IMG/VR virus record: IMGVR_UViG_3300021960_008509
Span: 1 to 52,689 of that record
Source: a virus
Taxonomy: Duplodnaviria > Caudoviricetes
Strand: one strand, 5' to 3'
Length of the DNA stretch: 52,689 nucleotides
In this document: piece after piece, positions 18,446 to 26,989 of the stretch
Layout: every line of letters begins with the position of its first letter
Numbering within the stretch: the first letter of the stretch is position 1
Notes under the pieces: model-generated
Told to the model about the DNA's origin: nothing
Databases searched by the model: none
What the model saw: the letters and a program-made list of their open reading frames with translations, nothing else
Program-made: the position numbers and the translations under genes

Positions 18446-18840
18446 AAAAAGCAATGTGGTACTCACTCGGTATGATATCTCTTGCTCTCGCATATATTGG
18501 ATTTGTCACACCCGGTATACCATTCTCAATATTTCTTGTATTCTCTGCATACTGTTTCTCTAAGTCATCAAAACGTATGCATGACTATCTGTATAATCAC
18601 AAACATTTCGGACCATTTCTCACAAATTTCATAGAGAAAAGAATATTTCCAACCAAAGCAAAATATGCCATGGTCACAGTCATGTCATCCTCTCTACTCT
18701 TTCTATGGTTCACAACGTATAATCTCATCGCATTGCTATGGTCAACAGGATTCATGGCAATGGTTGCAGTATATTGCTGGACACAATATCCTGGTTCTGA
18801 AGAAGAATATCAAAAGAGAAAACACAAAAACGTTTCATAA
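18442..18840 (+). CDS. ybaN: YbaN/DUF454 family membrane protein
   Basis: LAYIGFVTPGIP, AYCFSKSSKRMHDYLYNHKHFGP, several hydrophobic helices. Confidence 0.8.
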   Translation: MKKAMWYSLGMISLALAYIGFVTPGIPFSIFLVFSAYCFSKSSKRMHDYLYNHKHFGPFLTNFIEKRIFPTKAKYAMVTVMSSSLLFLWFTTYNLIALLWSTGFMAMVAVYCWTQYPGSEEEYQKRKHKNVS

Positions 18841-18872
18841 AATATACATTGTAAATTATAAGAAACAATATA

Positions 18873-19598
18873 ATGCTTAAGAAACATTTTATACACATAC
18901 CTAAAAATGGTGGAATGACTATCGTCAAGGAACCCACCATTTCTCAGTATATTATTAGAAGTACTTCTAAGCACATGAAAGATTCCATATATGTAAATGA
19001 AGTGAAGACTATGATGACTTCGCAGAAAGAACCTTCATATGGATGGAATCATGCTCGATGGAGAGACCTACACCCCATGGTTCAAAGTGCACGACCACAC
19101 TTTGCTATTCTTCGTAATCCTTGGACACGTGCAGTGTCACGATGGAAGTTTGTGAACGATCAGTTTGACATTAACCATGGTAAGAATAATATGATGAATA
19201 ATCATACAACTTATCGAAGTATGTCCTTTAATGAATGGTTAGAAGAAAGACATGTTTATGGGAGTCTGCCTTATTATTGGCATCGGGCAGGTAGGGGGTG
19301 GTCTCTACAGAAAGATTATGTCACCTCGGAAGAAGGAGAGGTCATGGTCGATTGTATGAGGCTTGAACATCTCAACGAAGACTTACCCAAGTATTTAAAA
19401 ATCGAAATGAACCGTATCAAACGTAGTAATGTGACCAACAAAGAAAGGATTGACTATCGTTCTTTTTACACTCCCCGAACTCGAAAAATTATTGAAGATT
19501 GGTATGGAGAAGACATTGAATTCTTTGGATTTTCCTTTGATGGACCCGCAACGAAGAATATCTGGAATATAACGTATTCCAGATATTCATGTAAATAA
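18873..19598 (+). CDS. Sulfotransferase family 2 (carbohydrate sulfotransferase-like)
   Basis: FIHIPKNGG 5'-PSB, LRNPWTRAVS 3'-PB, Y.EDIEFFGF. Confidence 0.82.
   Translation: MLKKHFIHIPKNGGMTIVKEPTISQYIIRSTSKHMKDSIYVNEVKTMMTSQKEPSYGWNHARWRDLHPMVQSARPHFAILRNPWTRAVSRWKFVNDQFDINHGKNNMMNNHTTYRSMSFNEWLEERHVYGSLPYYWHRAGRGWSLQKDYVTSEEGEVMVDCMRLEHLNEDLPKYLKIEMNRIKRSNVTNKERIDYRSFYTPRTRKIIEDWYGEDIEFFGFSFDGPATKNIWNITYSRYSCK
19556..19588. repeat. Perfect 14-bp inverted repeat
   Basis: GAATATCTGGAATA-taacg-TATTCCAGATATTC. Confidence 0.85.
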
Positions 19599-19601
19599 CC
19601 C

Positions 19602-19630
19602 TTGCGTTATTCCTTATTATATGTCATAAT
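19602..19630 (+). promoter_or_regulatory. Sigma70-type promoter
   Basis: TTGCGT-17 nt-CATAAT with an extended-10 TG; intergenic. Confidence 0.55.
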
Positions 19631-19661
19631 AGATTTGTAATTAAGGATAAGGAATAGAGAT

Positions 19662-19856
19662 ATGGATGAAAAACGTTATAAATTGAACCATGAAGTAGGT
19701 TCCGTGTACATTCCGCCGGAACGTCGCAAAACGATTCATGAATTTCGGTTTGATGGTACAGAGTTCGATGAAACTTTCATTCAAGGTGTTATAGGATCAT
19801 TTATCGGTTCTATGGTTATCTTCGGTGCCTTCTTGGCAATTGTGGTAATACTATGA
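19662..19856 (+). CDS. Small protein with a C-terminal transmembrane helix
   Basis: GVIGSFIGSMVIFGAFLAIVVIL. Confidence 0.65.
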   Translation: MDEKRYKLNHEVGSVYIPPERRKTIHEFRFDGTEFDETFIQGVIGSFIGSMVIFGAFLAIVVIL

Positions 19857-20068
19857 GAGTGCGTCAGGAGATCACTGTGTGGGACAAGACAGATTATCGA
19901 GTACCTGCACACATTTACCTCACCTCGGGTACATGGCTCTTAGGATACATTCCAGAAGGTACAACTAAGGCATTAATGTTCGATGCTCCCAAGAAACAGT
20001 GGTCGGTGTCGCGCCGTAAATTCAGAGATCTTACTAAAACTGAAATGAGAGCATATACTTTTGTATAA
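19853..20068 (+). CDS. Hypothetical protein
   Basis: ATGA overlap with the upstream gene; QEITVW...FDAPKKQWSVSRRKF. Confidence 0.65.
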   Translation: MRVRQEITVWDKTDYRVPAHIYLTSGTWLLGYIPEGTTKALMFDAPKKQWSVSRRKFRDLTKTEMRAYTFV

Positions 20069-20091
20069 GTACTCTCTTTGAGGAGAGATTT

Positions 20092-20517
20092 ATGCATGAA
20101 TATAAATGTAAGGTTCGAAAGGTTGTTGATGGTGATACTGTCGATGTTGACATTGATCTTGGTTTTGGTGTATGGTACCTTGATCAGCGTGTTCGCCTTT
20201 ATGGGATTGATACTCCTGAGTCTCGTACACGAGATAAAGTGGAGAAAATCTATGGGAAGGCCGCCGGAAGATTCCTGAAAACAATGCTTGGCAAAGAGTG
20301 CACCATGAGAACCCACAAAGATGCAAAGGGTAAATTTGGTCGCATTCTCGGAGAGTTCATAGTGTATGATATCGAAACTGATGCATGGGTAACTGTCAAT
20401 CAATTAATGATCGACAAACATCTCGCAGTCGAGTATCATGGACAGAGTAAAGATGATATAGAAGGAGAGCATCTAAAGAACCGAGAACTATTGGAATCAA
20501 TATATCTTGAGCAATAA
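20092..20517 (+). CDS. Staphylococcal-nuclease (thermonuclease) family protein
   Basis: KVVDGDTV, RVRLYGIDTPESR, GKFGRILG; GAGGAG Shine-Dalgarno; TATAAGTA upstream. Confidence 0.9.
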   Translation: MHEYKCKVRKVVDGDTVDVDIDLGFGVWYLDQRVRLYGIDTPESRTRDKVEKIYGKAAGRFLKTMLGKECTMRTHKDAKGKFGRILGEFIVYDIETDAWVTVNQLMIDKHLAVEYHGQSKDDIEGEHLKNRELLESIYLEQ

Positions 20518-21256
20518 TGATGTTAGAGAACCTTGGCCGCGGACATGGCAAGAAGAAATTAAATCAGAATTCCGAAAATACAAAAAGACTTTTTTAAAGA
20601 AACCCACTATTCAAAGAACTATGCATCCGATGGGAGCATATACTCAGTACTGGGACTACATAAAAGAGAGATATGACTTGACCCGTGCCGCAGTAGATTC
20701 TAACGTAGGATCTCCTACAGTTCGTTCTATGCAAGGTGATTTGTCTCTGGTGAGCATGCAATGCGTTTTGTATCGTATGCTCATGGAAGAGTATGGACTA
20801 ATTGATTTCGATTCCATTGTAGAACTTGGTGGAGGGTATGGTAACAATGCTCGATTCCAAAGACGATTAGGATTCGAAGGACCCATTCGAATTCTTGATC
20901 TTCCGGTGATGTCTGACATACAAAAATATTTCATCAAAGAAAATAACTTGCGTGATGTTTCTTGTGTTTCATATGATGAATTTAACGTGAGACCAGAGAC
21001 AGATAACGCTTTGTTTTTTGCTACGTTCAGTCTAAACGAAATACCAATGGACGATCGAATACACTTAACACGTACAATCAATATGTTTAAATACATTTTC
21101 ATTACATATAAACCAAACTCATTTGGCATGGATAATATAGAATATTTCCGAATTTTCATTGAATCATTGAACTCGCTTGGTTTTGATATGTTAGACAAAC
21201 CTCACCCCCTCACCAATTCTAAAACCAGAATAATAATAGGTAAACGAAATGACTAA
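20507..21256 (+). CDS. Putative sugar O-methyltransferase
   Basis: IVELGGGYG, ILDLP, ATFSLNEIP. Confidence 0.78.
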   Translation: MSNNDVREPWPRTWQEEIKSEFRKYKKTFLKKPTIQRTMHPMGAYTQYWDYIKERYDLTRAAVDSNVGSPTVRSMQGDLSLVSMQCVLYRMLMEEYGLIDFDSIVELGGGYGNNARFQRRLGFEGPIRILDLPVMSDIQKYFIKENNLRDVSCVSYDEFNVRPETDNALFFATFSLNEIPMDDRIHLTRTINMFKYIFITYKPNSFGMDNIEYFRIFIESLNSLGFDMLDKPHPLTNSKTRIIIGKRND

Positions 21257-21836
21257 TTACATGGTGTCCTTGGGCATGGACAATGCCCCCGCAACAAAAA
21301 TAAGAAATACTGGACAGAGAAATGTAACATTCCCCTTTGATTGGAGTGTCACACCGATTGCCACGGCGCTGGATCACCTTCGAACTGGATTTGGCAACTG
21401 GCCGTTCCAGACCGATGATGATAATTCGCATTTGGTATACATGGAACCAGTTCTTCATAAGTTAGTGGATGATAGTATACATGATCCGGCAGTAAGCGAT
21501 GCCGTTGTTACTCCGGTATTTTGTACCAGAACAAATACTTTCTTTCCTCATGATTTTTCTGTGCAATCTGATTATATCGCCGTCAAAAACAAATACATTG
21601 AACGTTTGAAGAGAATGTATGATTTGTTCCAAGACACAAATAATACCTTTACATTTGTCGCATATAATGGTATACTAAACCCTAATTCATGGACAGCACA
21701 AAAATTTAATGAACTGGGTTTTGTATGGAGTAATACCGGTTATGATCAATGGCAAGAAGAACTTGCAAGTGCTCTAACCGAAGGCACACTGAATGGTGTG
21801 TTGGACGGACGGTACACCACTATAACCAATTATTAA
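21249..21836 (+). CDS. DUF1796-like protein (putative papain-like fold)
   Basis: VSLG, TFPFDW, FPHDF, KYIERLKR; the usual N-terminal Cys appears absent. Confidence 0.55.
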   Translation: MTNYMVSLGMDNAPATKIRNTGQRNVTFPFDWSVTPIATALDHLRTGFGNWPFQTDDDNSHLVYMEPVLHKLVDDSIHDPAVSDAVVTPVFCTRTNTFFPHDFSVQSDYIAVKNKYIERLKRMYDLFQDTNNTFTFVAYNGILNPNSWTAQKFNELGFVWSNTGYDQWQEELASALTEGTLNGVLDGRYTTITNY

Positions 21837-21858
21837 TATGGAGTAAGAGTTTAATATT

Positions 21859-22029
21859 ATGGAATTAAGAGACGTTTTTAAAGACGAATTTATTGAAGGA
21901 ATAGTTATTGATTTTCTTAAAGAAGATTTAGATATGAATGAAGATACAAATTTAGTAAATGCATTACATACTGTGATTGCATACTATAGTGTTCCTGGCG
22001 AATATGAGAATGGAAAATATGACAACTAA
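21859..22029 (+). CDS. Small acidic protein (56 aa), not in the ORF track
   Basis: MELRDVFKDEFIEGIVIDFLKEDLDMNEDTNLVNALHTVIAYYSVPGEYENGKYDN. Confidence 0.6.
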   Translation: MELRDVFKDEFIEGIVIDFLKEDLDMNEDTNLVNALHTVIAYYSVPGEYENGKYDN

Positions 22030-22699
22030 GGTTAGTCTAGTTGGTATGACAACACCGAGCGCAAGCACCGGTTGTAATAGTGCTGCTGAGTTGATTGCCT
22101 ATGCAGCACGTGTAAGCAATCCGAATAATCAAAACAATACCAAGACAGCAAAGAAGTTGCTTGGGTATCTGATCAAAGAGGGTCACTGGTCACCGTTTGA
22201 AATGGTCAGTGTAACGATGGAGATTACTACGACTCGTGATATCAGTCGGCAGATCCTGCGGCATCGATCCTTTTCGTTTCAGGAATTCTCTCAGCGGTAT
22301 GCGGTCTCAGAGTCCTTTACGACCAATCGTGAGGCACGTAAACAGCACCCTACCAATAGACAGTTGTCCTTGGTAGATGACGATAGTGAGCGTCAGAGGA
22401 AGGCACAAGAGGTCTTCAGCGAGATGCAGAGCGAAGTCTCTAGGGTAGCAAAAGACTACTATGAGATGGCACTCAACACAGGTATCGCCAAGGAACAAGC
22501 AAGAGCGTTGTTACCCGAAGGATTGACCGAGACCACTCTGTATATGTCTGGCACTCTACGCTCATGGGTTCACTACTGTGAGTTGCGAATGGGTCATGGT
22601 ACACAAAAAGAACATATGGACGTTGCTAAGATTGCTTGGGATATTCTCAGAGTTCATTTCCCCGATGTAACTGGGGCAGTTGAGGAAATGAATGTTTAA
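22019..22699 (+). CDS. thyX: Flavin-dependent thymidylate synthase
   Basis: GHWSPFE, QILRHRSFSFQEFSQRY, KEQARALLP, TQKEH. Confidence 0.97.
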   Translation: MTTKVSLVGMTTPSASTGCNSAAELIAYAARVSNPNNQNNTKTAKKLLGYLIKEGHWSPFEMVSVTMEITTTRDISRQILRHRSFSFQEFSQRYAVSESFTTNREARKQHPTNRQLSLVDDDSERQRKAQEVFSEMQSEVSRVAKDYYEMALNTGIAKEQARALLPEGLTETTLYMSGTLRSWVHYCELRMGHGTQKEHMDVAKIAWDILRVHFPDVTGAVEEMNV

Positions 22700-23489
22700 T
22701 CTTAATGCTGAAATATTCGAGAGTCCTATTCCCCATCTTATCGTTCGCGATTTTGTGACTGATAAAAAAACTCTCGACTATCTTCGGCATAACACCGAAT
22801 CTAATGAGTATCTAAACAGAATCGGCGCAGGTAATCTTGAACGCTTCGAAGTTGTAAGTGGTAAACATTTGAGAAGTGGTCAATTAAAATATTGGAAAAC
22901 CAGTTCTTATCGACATCCAGTAATGCCCACCGACGATTTTTCGATAGAGTTTAATTCTATCATCGATGAGTTTTTAATAACTTTATTAGAGTCTCACTCT
23001 GTAGATAAAATGGTCAAGTCTGCATTTGATCCTGTTCTCAAACAAGAATTCGAAAAGTTTGATGAGGATTGGAACGATCCAAAGTTTAAAAATTATTCTT
23101 ACGGTGCATATAACGCATGCACCTCTGCAAAGAATTTAATAGGGTGGCATTTAGATAACGGCGATAAGTATGTGGTTGGGTTCTGTTATTTCAAAGAAGA
23201 AAGTGATGCTGCAACAGATGGCAGATTGTCTCTGTCCAACGGGGAGACCGAAAAAATATTCCCTATTGAAGACAACGTATTGATTCTATGGCCCAACCTT
23301 ACAAACGCATGGCATAAAGCAGGTATTCGATATCCGACTAACAATCTCAGACGTTTAGTAAACTTAACTTGGAAAAGTTCTTCCGGAAAATATCATGACT
23401 ATAAAACAATTAGATCGAATAAAGTGGTTGATAAGAACGAACTATATGATACTAAAGAATTTGGATTCAAAAAGGTTAATAAAATATGA
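22692..23489 (+). CDS. 2OG-Fe(II) oxygenase superfamily protein
   Basis: PIPHLIVRDF, HxD (WHLD), distal His (AWHK) followed by Arg. Confidence 0.72.
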   Translation: MFNLNAEIFESPIPHLIVRDFVTDKKTLDYLRHNTESNEYLNRIGAGNLERFEVVSGKHLRSGQLKYWKTSSYRHPVMPTDDFSIEFNSIIDEFLITLLESHSVDKMVKSAFDPVLKQEFEKFDEDWNDPKFKNYSYGAYNACTSAKNLIGWHLDNGDKYVVGFCYFKEESDAATDGRLSLSNGETEKIFPIEDNVLILWPNLTNAWHKAGIRYPTNNLRRLVNLTWKSSSGKYHDYKTIRSNKVVDKNELYDTKEFGFKKVNKI

Positions 23490-23638
23490 ATGGTAAAAAA
23501 GCAAAACAACTTCGTAAGGTCGGAAAGGTTGACAAGAAAGATAAAAAGTTGTATAATAGTTTAACAAGTGAGCAAAAAACTATTCTTGGTATGCTTTATA
23601 CTCACATCATAAACAAAAATAAAACAGAAGAAGAATAA
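23486..23638 (+). CDS. Small basic protein (50 aa), not in the ORF track
   Basis: MNGKKAKQLRKVGKVDKKDKKLYNSL...; ATGA overlap with the upstream gene. Confidence 0.55.
   Translation: MNGKKAKQLRKVGKVDKKDKKLYNSLTSEQKTILGMLYTHIINKNKTEEE
23529..23557 (+). promoter_or_regulatory. Perfect sigma70 promoter
   Basis: TTGACA-17 nt-TATAAT. Confidence 0.75.
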
Positions 23639-23642
23639 GCGT

Positions 23643-24254
23643 ATGGCAACTTATCTAGAACTAGGTGCTAATCGAAAGCGAGCACTGAACTGGGACGCAG
23701 TAAATATTTCCAGCAACTATGGTGATAAAGGTATCATTCTTCAAGATCTCACTGAGTTACCGATTCGAGGTTGTCCTGGGAATTTCTATGATGGTGTGTA
23801 TTCAGAACATTTCATCGAACACTTCTACCGCTATCAAGGCGTAAATCTATTCAAAGAGGCCTATCGAGTGTTAAAACCAGGTGGCAAGATTCGCACTGTA
23901 TGGCCGTCATATGATTACGTTGAGTATTTGGTGAGCGATGAAGATTTGTCAAACGATCCTTTTGTACAGCACTACTATCAACGGTACTGTGTTCAAGAAA
24001 GGTTTCAGGCAAAAGGGCACGAACGAAAGCGCCCACAAGAACAAGTTGCTCTTGGTTTGTTGCATCAGAAAGGCGAGCACCTTTATTTGTGGCGTGTCGA
24101 AGAGATGAAAGAGACTCTGACGGCTCTGGGTTTCGACAACGTGAAAGAGTGCCAATACGGGAAGAGTTCTGTTACTGGTTTCAATGGCATCGACTCACCC
24201 GGCGAGATTCGAGCAATGCACAGCACCGTTATAGAAGCAAGTAAACCATGGTAA
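23643..24254 (+). CDS. Class I SAM-dependent methyltransferase (type 11-like)
   Basis: LELGA, VYSEHFIEH, RVLKPGGKIR. Confidence 0.82.
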   Translation: MATYLELGANRKRALNWDAVNISSNYGDKGIILQDLTELPIRGCPGNFYDGVYSEHFIEHFYRYQGVNLFKEAYRVLKPGGKIRTVWPSYDYVEYLVSDEDLSNDPFVQHYYQRYCVQERFQAKGHERKRPQEQVALGLLHQKGEHLYLWRVEEMKETLTALGFDNVKECQYGKSSVTGFNGIDSPGEIRAMHSTVIEASKPW

Positions 24255-24258
24255 CAAT

Positions 24259-24849
24259 ATGAATGTATTCTATTTAAACAAAGATCCAAAAAAATGTGCA
24301 TCAGAACATAACGATAAACATGTCGTTAAAATGTGTTGTGAATATGCACAACTTATGTCTACCGCACATCGTGTGTTAGATGGTAATGTTTGGTTAGGAG
24401 TCAATTCACGAGGTCATAAACTTAAGCGATGGTTTCTAGAAGACGGAGAATTAAATTCTAGATTGTACAAAGCATCTCATGTCAACCACCCATCTAATAT
24501 ATGGGTAAGAGAATCTATGGCAAACTACGAGTGGTTGTACAAGATGTGGAGACACTTATGTCAAGAATACACTTATCGATACGATAAAGTGCATAAATCT
24601 CAACGAGATTTAGAAAGTATGCTCATTGTACCCCCAATGTTGATTAAAGATGATAAATTTACAGAACCACCTCCAGCAATGGCAGCATTTCCTGAATGTA
24701 TCGTGGAAGGGGATTCAATAACATCTTATCGTAATTATTACTGGGTAGCCAAAAAAGATTTTAGTAAATGGACTAAACGCAAACAACCGGAGTGGTGGAA
24801 TGAACGGGAAAGGATCGAAACCAAGACCCCTGTCTGTGTCACAGAATGA
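24259..24849 (+). CDS. denV: Pyrimidine-dimer DNA glycosylase / endonuclease V-like protein
   Basis: MNVFYL, DKHVVKM..EYAQLMSTAH, HVNHPSNIW, EYTYRY, YRNYY. Confidence 0.75.
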   Translation: MNVFYLNKDPKKCASEHNDKHVVKMCCEYAQLMSTAHRVLDGNVWLGVNSRGHKLKRWFLEDGELNSRLYKASHVNHPSNIWVRESMANYEWLYKMWRHLCQEYTYRYDKVHKSQRDLESMLIVPPMLIKDDKFTEPPPAMAAFPECIVEGDSITSYRNYYWVAKKDFSKWTKRKQPEWWNERERIETKTPVCVTE

Positions 24850-25114
24850 ATTTGATGCACAGTGGGACCTTATCTTTGGAGGTAAAGGTATGAAATATGA
24901 TGAACATAAAACGAAAGTAAACATCAATGAAAAGATATCTTCTCATTGGTCAGAGAACGGCAGGAAAGAAGCAATCGTGATGAAGAGTGAATCGGGTTAT
25001 TCGGTTGAACTGTATGAACAGTCACGTTATATCAGAACGGTGGAATGTTTTGACAAGGCATTAAATTATGCTGAAGATGTTGCAGAGAACTTTTGCTTGG
25101 GGATGCTATCATGA
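24800..25114 (+). CDS. Hypothetical protein with a probable second in-frame start at 24890
   Basis: GKGSKPRP N-terminal peptide; GGAGGT Shine-Dalgarno before the internal ATG. Confidence 0.6.
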   Translation: MNGKGSKPRPLSVSQNEFDAQWDLIFGGKGMKYDEHKTKVNINEKISSHWSENGRKEAIVMKSESGYSVELYEQSRYIRTVECFDKALNYAEDVAENFCLGMLS

Positions 25115-25941
25115 AAATCGTAGTTGCGGGTTATGGTCCAGTAGGACAAGCAGTAGAATGTGCACTCAACAGACATCCATCTGAAGCACTCGATATATAC
25201 ATCGACGATCCGGCAAAAGGTCATACGTATCAGATGAGTCAGGGTCTTTATTCTGCCAACGTGCCTACGGGTATATCCGATCCGGATGCCGTAATCGTTT
25301 GTGTGGCAACACCCATGGGCGAGGAAGATGGGTCCTGCAATACTGATCATGTAGAAGAAGTCTTTATAAAGTATGGTAATCGTAAGACAAAGTTTCTAAT
25401 CAAGAGTGCAGTAGATCCTGTGTGGTTATCTAACTGGGCAAACTCTCATACGAAAGATAGTTTCACATCTTCTCCTGAATTTCTTCGAGGCAGTCATGCC
25501 CACGGTGATCCAGGTCAAGAATTTCTTGGTCAGGAGTTTGCGATTTATGGGGGCAGTGATTGTAGGTACTGGGATGAATTGTTTCGTGCATGTTTACCTA
25601 ACTTAAAGGATGTAAAATATTGTACCCTCGAACAGGCAGCATTCTCTAAATATGTTGAGAACTGTTTCCTTGCCACCAAAGTGACGTTTTTTAATGAGAT
25701 GTATAAAATTTTTAATGATATAGGATTTGAAGGATTTGATCAGATGGTAGATGCAATCACACTTGATCCTCGTATAGGAAGATCCCACACTCAGGTGCCA
25801 GGCCCAGACGGTAAGTTTGGATATGGGGGACATTGTTTTCCAAAAGATATGGCAGCACTTAGAAGTCTTACCCTTTCATCTCCACTCTTGGACGTAGTTG
25901 TAGATATAAACGAGGAAATTAGATGCCAGCAAGAAAAGTAA
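25111..25941 (+). CDS. ugd: UDP-glucose 6-dehydrogenase (short form)
   Basis: GYGPVG, VCVATP, SPEFLR, KYVEN.FLATKVTFFNE, DPRIG, GYGGHCFPKD. Confidence 0.88.
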   Translation: MKIVVAGYGPVGQAVECALNRHPSEALDIYIDDPAKGHTYQMSQGLYSANVPTGISDPDAVIVCVATPMGEEDGSCNTDHVEEVFIKYGNRKTKFLIKSAVDPVWLSNWANSHTKDSFTSSPEFLRGSHAHGDPGQEFLGQEFAIYGGSDCRYWDELFRACLPNLKDVKYCTLEQAAFSKYVENCFLATKVTFFNEMYKIFNDIGFEGFDQMVDAITLDPRIGRSHTQVPGPDGKFGYGGHCFPKDMAALRSLTLSSPLLDVVVDINEEIRCQQEK

Positions 25942-26675
25942 AGACTACGCCCCGAAAAAAACAAGTCTCTTTAATTCCCGAACCTAATTGGGATAGGCTG
26001 AAGAAAGCAAAAAGCGAAGAAGTGAGAGAAAAAGCATTTCGCGAATGTGAAGACTATGTTCATCAGGAAGTTCCTGATCGAGAACAACTTCACTGGTTGA
26101 AAAAATGGTTGCGAGATGAGTCTGGTTGGGATAATGCACATCAAAATAGTGTTACTATACCAGATGTTTTTCTCCTTGCCTATGCTAAATCTGGATGGAA
26201 AGCAATTAAACTGGGTTATATGCCCAATAAGATTAGAGAGAGTCTGACCAAAAATCTCAATCCTTTACTTCAGAATGCGGAAGAACTCAAGAGTAAAAAC
26301 ACTGCGGAACCTCCGATTCATCCTACGGTTTCTTCCCGAGACAAAGAGGATTATTTACATCCCGACAAGGTAAAGAAATGGATTGCCGTATGGAAAGATT
26401 ACCTCCGTGCAAACAAGGTTAATGCTGATTCGAAAGATTCTAAATTACGTATGGATTACCAATCCGCAGAAAATTATATCCACAACATGAACAACTATCT
26501 CCGAAGCGGTATTTGGAGTGATTTGTTCTATGGTGAGAATAGAGAACATCGTACTATGTGGGTTTCTAAATCAATGGCATATGACTCAGAAGGTATGGTC
26601 AAACGAACTATAGGTGTATTTTATCCTGACATCGGATTTGTTTGGGGCAAGGAAGGAGAATTTTATGAATCTTGA
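25923..26675 (+). CDS. Hypothetical protein
   Basis: 250-aa ORF overlapping both neighbours in operon fashion. Confidence 0.65.
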   Translation: MPARKVKTTPRKKQVSLIPEPNWDRLKKAKSEEVREKAFRECEDYVHQEVPDREQLHWLKKWLRDESGWDNAHQNSVTIPDVFLLAYAKSGWKAIKLGYMPNKIRESLTKNLNPLLQNAEELKSKNTAEPPIHPTVSSRDKEDYLHPDKVKKWIAVWKDYLRANKVNADSKDSKLRMDYQSAENYIHNMNNYLRSGIWSDLFYGENREHRTMWVSKSMAYDSEGMVKRTIGVFYPDIGFVWGKEGEFYES

Positions 26676-26907
26676 TGGTTTAATGCTTACTAAACAAAAA
26701 TTTTCGAAGATGGTTGAGAGCGAAGTTATTGCCACTCGCTCCAGTTACGTAGATGCTATTCTTTCCTTATGCGAAAAGTATAACATCGATCCAGAAGACA
26801 TGAAGAGGTATGTTTCACCGGTAATACTTAATAAATTAACTGTTGAAGCAAAAAAGAATAATCTATTAAAAGTTAAACATCATAAAAATGAGTTGACATT
26901 TGATTAG
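26665..26907 (+). CDS. gp33: Late transcription coactivator gp33
   Basis: FSKMVE..V....SYVDAI..LCEKYNIDPED...KL..EA..NNLL; directly upstream of gp32; GGAG Shine-Dalgarno. Confidence 0.82.
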   Translation: MNLDGLMLTKQKFSKMVESEVIATRSSYVDAILSLCEKYNIDPEDMKRYVSPVILNKLTVEAKKNNLLKVKHHKNELTFD

Positions 26908-26921
26908 ATTTGTGGTACTAT
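26893..26921 (+). promoter_or_regulatory. Sigma70 promoter for gp32
   Basis: TTGACA-17 nt-TACTAT with an extended-10 TG. Confidence 0.75.
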
Positions 26922-26989
26922 ATACTAGTATATTATGAATAATGTGAAAATACAATACTCTGTTAATACAATACAATAAGGAAAATAAA

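Noticed and set aside
20078-20278. Hydrophobic 66-aa ORF as a holin
   Set aside because: It overlaps the well-supported nuclease gene in another frame and is far from the lysozyme
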